Shown here piece after piece: positions 61,603 through 64,000 of a stretch of DNA of 64,000 nt (the first letter of the stretch is position 1; every line of letters starts with the position of its first letter). Under the pieces are notes generated by a model, which ran no database searches, was not told the origin of the DNA, and saw nothing but the letters and a program-made list of their open reading frames with translations. The position numbers and the translations under genes are program-made. Source of the DNA: Corallochytrium limacisporum Hawaii (Eukaryota > Protista > Pluriformea); assembly GCA_002811645.1 (NCBI GenBank), contig PDIP01000051.1, forward strand, positions 175,014 through 239,013, written 5' to 3'.

Positions 61603-64000
61603 GATATGTGTTCTGTTGCCTCCTAATTTCTTCTTTTTTGTAAGTTGTGAAACTTCCGCCGAGTGTTTCCAGGGATGTTAGTGCAATTACCCGGGGTCCC
61701 TCTGTATCTGATAGGGTTCTCTAATTTGCCGGTCCTTCTCGAAGCGATACAACCATGTACGCTTTGAAGAGCCCTTTATGTTAAGGCAACCTGTAAGGCT
61801 GTACACTATCATTCAACAGCAATCGCCACAAGGGTGCTGATCACACCTTTGAATTACCTAAACAATTCCTTCGATAGTTCACCAGAGTTCTTCTCGTGCC
61901 TCGAAACAGAACGCAGAACACAGTCAAAGGCAGAAAACAGAAGGAACCACACCGAGCAACAAAACCGGGAACGCGCACCGACAAGAGAAGGGCTCACCAC
62001 AACAGGGAACGGCCTTGGTATGCCCTTTTGTGTCGTTCGTGGCGCACTGACATACTCACACTGCGGGTAGAGTCGTCACGATTCCCCCAATTTGTCGTTC
62101 TCTTTCGCTTCGGGAAACCCGAGGTAATATTTTTTGCCACCTCCCACACCCACCAACCCCTCCTAAACTTTCTGTGTTTGAGACCCAGGACCTTTTTCTT
62201 TTCTTTTTTTTTTCCTTCTTCGTCCCTTCCTTTTTGCCCGAAAGGCTCCAGGGTCGCCCTCCTGCAGCAAGAGTGGAGCCGGTCGTCGCTCTCCCTATCG
62301 ATCTCTCGAGTCCCCCCCCCGTCCACTGTACACCGGTCCTATACACAATTCAAGCACAAACACATTCCACCCCCTCCCCCCCCCTTTTTTCGCTTTCACC
62401 GTTTTCTAAGCTCTTCGGTTATTGTTTTCGCGAGGGTCCCGGGTCGCGTCTTTTGTCTTTCCTCATTTCCTCACCTGCGTGTTTCTTGTGAACTGCCGCA
62501 AAGAATTTGCCCAAAAGGAGCTGCCCGCACAATGCGAACTGCCACTGGGAACAGCCGCTGTGGGGGTAGGGGGGAAGGGGGAGGGAGAGGATGGGAGGAG
62601 CGCCAAACTGGGCGATGGCGCCGCGTTCGGACACACCACCGTCGCTGCACCAGAGCGCCTTCCGCCTCAGTGGAAAAAAAACTCCGTCTCTCTTAGCTTA
62701 CCAATTTTTCCGTGACCACGTCCCGCTCGCCAGGGGTGGGGTGGTGGTGGTAGTCTCTCTCCTGTTCTCTCCCCCCCCCCAACCCGGACTCTCTCTCTCT
62801 CTCTCCTCTTCCTCCGGACGGGAGTTTTTCTTTTTTCAGACGGTAAGCTCCCTTGGGTATGGTACGGCCAAGCACAGTGTTGAAAGCATGGAGGTCTTGT
62901 AACAACCCCGGAGTGTCGGGAAATTGGCAACCAAAGGGAACAAGAAAAAGGAAGACCAAAAATGCAGCAAAGGGGGAGGGCGGGAAGGGGGCGACCGAAT
63001 TTGGTTAGGCGATTGGGCACTGGGTCGCTAGGACAGAGCGGAGTCTGTAGAGAGACAGGGAGAGAGGAAGCGGGAAAAGTGGAGGTGAGACCAAAAGGCC
63101 AAGGAGGTGAGAACCCGTGTGTGCGGAGACAACCAAGAACTCCCCGGGGCTGAACACCTGCCAATTAAAATTGAGGCGTACTTCATCCGCCTTCCTCTCC
63201 GTCTTCTCCGTTTTGGCTGCACCTGGTACTGTATATATAGACGGCGCGATCGTGGACAAGCTGGGTTGGGCATGTGCAGGATGTGTGATGAGAGTCTGCT
63301 CTCTTGGTCACATTTTTTTTTTCGTTTTTGCCTTTCTTTTTTTTCGGGGCCCTTCCCTTTTAGGGGCAAAGGGCGGGGGAAGGGAGGGAATTCTTGAAAT
63401 CTTTGCGGTGGTGGTAAGCCGGCTAAACCAAACAAATTGGAATTCATTTCGTTTGGGAGCCCCGGAGAGCAGGGAGCAAAGTATACCACCACCACAAGCT
63501 CAGACATGCTCATGCCTTGCCTCTCGTTTAAATTGCCCTCGTTTCTTGTCAGGTAAGCATGCTTGATGAATGTGTTTTGGTTGTCCAAAGACTACTCCAC
63601 CGTTTCTCCTCTGAATCGTGCTCAAAACAGGGCCGCAGATTGGTGGTCGGTCGCGTTGCATTTGTTTTCATATCAACCGGATTCCCAGCTAAAGAGAACC
63701 TTCCCCTGGGAGGTCCGCACCACCGCTTACGACAATGTTCCCAGCAAACTGACTGGTAGTGGTCATCAATTCACACGGGTCACTAACACCCATCCTGTGC
63801 GCAATTTTAATTCATATGTTAATGAATTAATGCCTTACCTAGGACTTCGAAGTGAGTACCTTCTTCACCACCAACTTTTTTTTTCCATTACGTCCGATGC
63901 CCTGCTGTGCGGTCGTCCCAGATCTGGTGATACAATAATTCAGTGAACATGAATGTATAGAAGAGAGTGTTTCTTTTTTTTTTTTGTGAACGCCCCCCTC

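Overview
Eukaryotic genomic DNA (about 50% GC, five short N gaps) with 21 well-supported protein-coding genes, each in a single uninterrupted ORF: SLC4A11-like transporter, cytochrome P450, a lectin/mucin receptor with a Tyr-rich tail, C2H2 zinc-finger protein, SDR, HIS7, RAD9, SCCPDH-like, YIPF5/Yip1, an orphan, CCT2, MEK, RNF5/185, SWT1, MRPS9, LSG1, PIG-F, SCOC-like, AIDA, GDP-mannose transporter, RPS9, plus a probably inactive M14 carboxypeptidase. Animal-like genes together with fused HIS7 and a fungal/plant-type GDP-Man transporter suggest an intron-poor unicellular opisthokont or holozoan (inference). The standout is a candidate bicistronic locus. The SCOC-like ORF stops 7 nt before the PIG-F ATG, has no internal Met, and its coding strand has no AUG in any frame for 888 nt, which is the footprint expected of leaky scanning or reinitiation. 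The same ORF is also bracketed by splice-like signals. Window-wide patterns include C-tract/G-tract palindromes upstream of genes but not between convergent genes, strand-specific CAT/YCAY clusters after stop codons, and candidate introns confined to 5' UTRs. I recognised no tRNA, rRNA, CRISPR array or transposon. All family calls come from motif recognition by eye, not from database searches.
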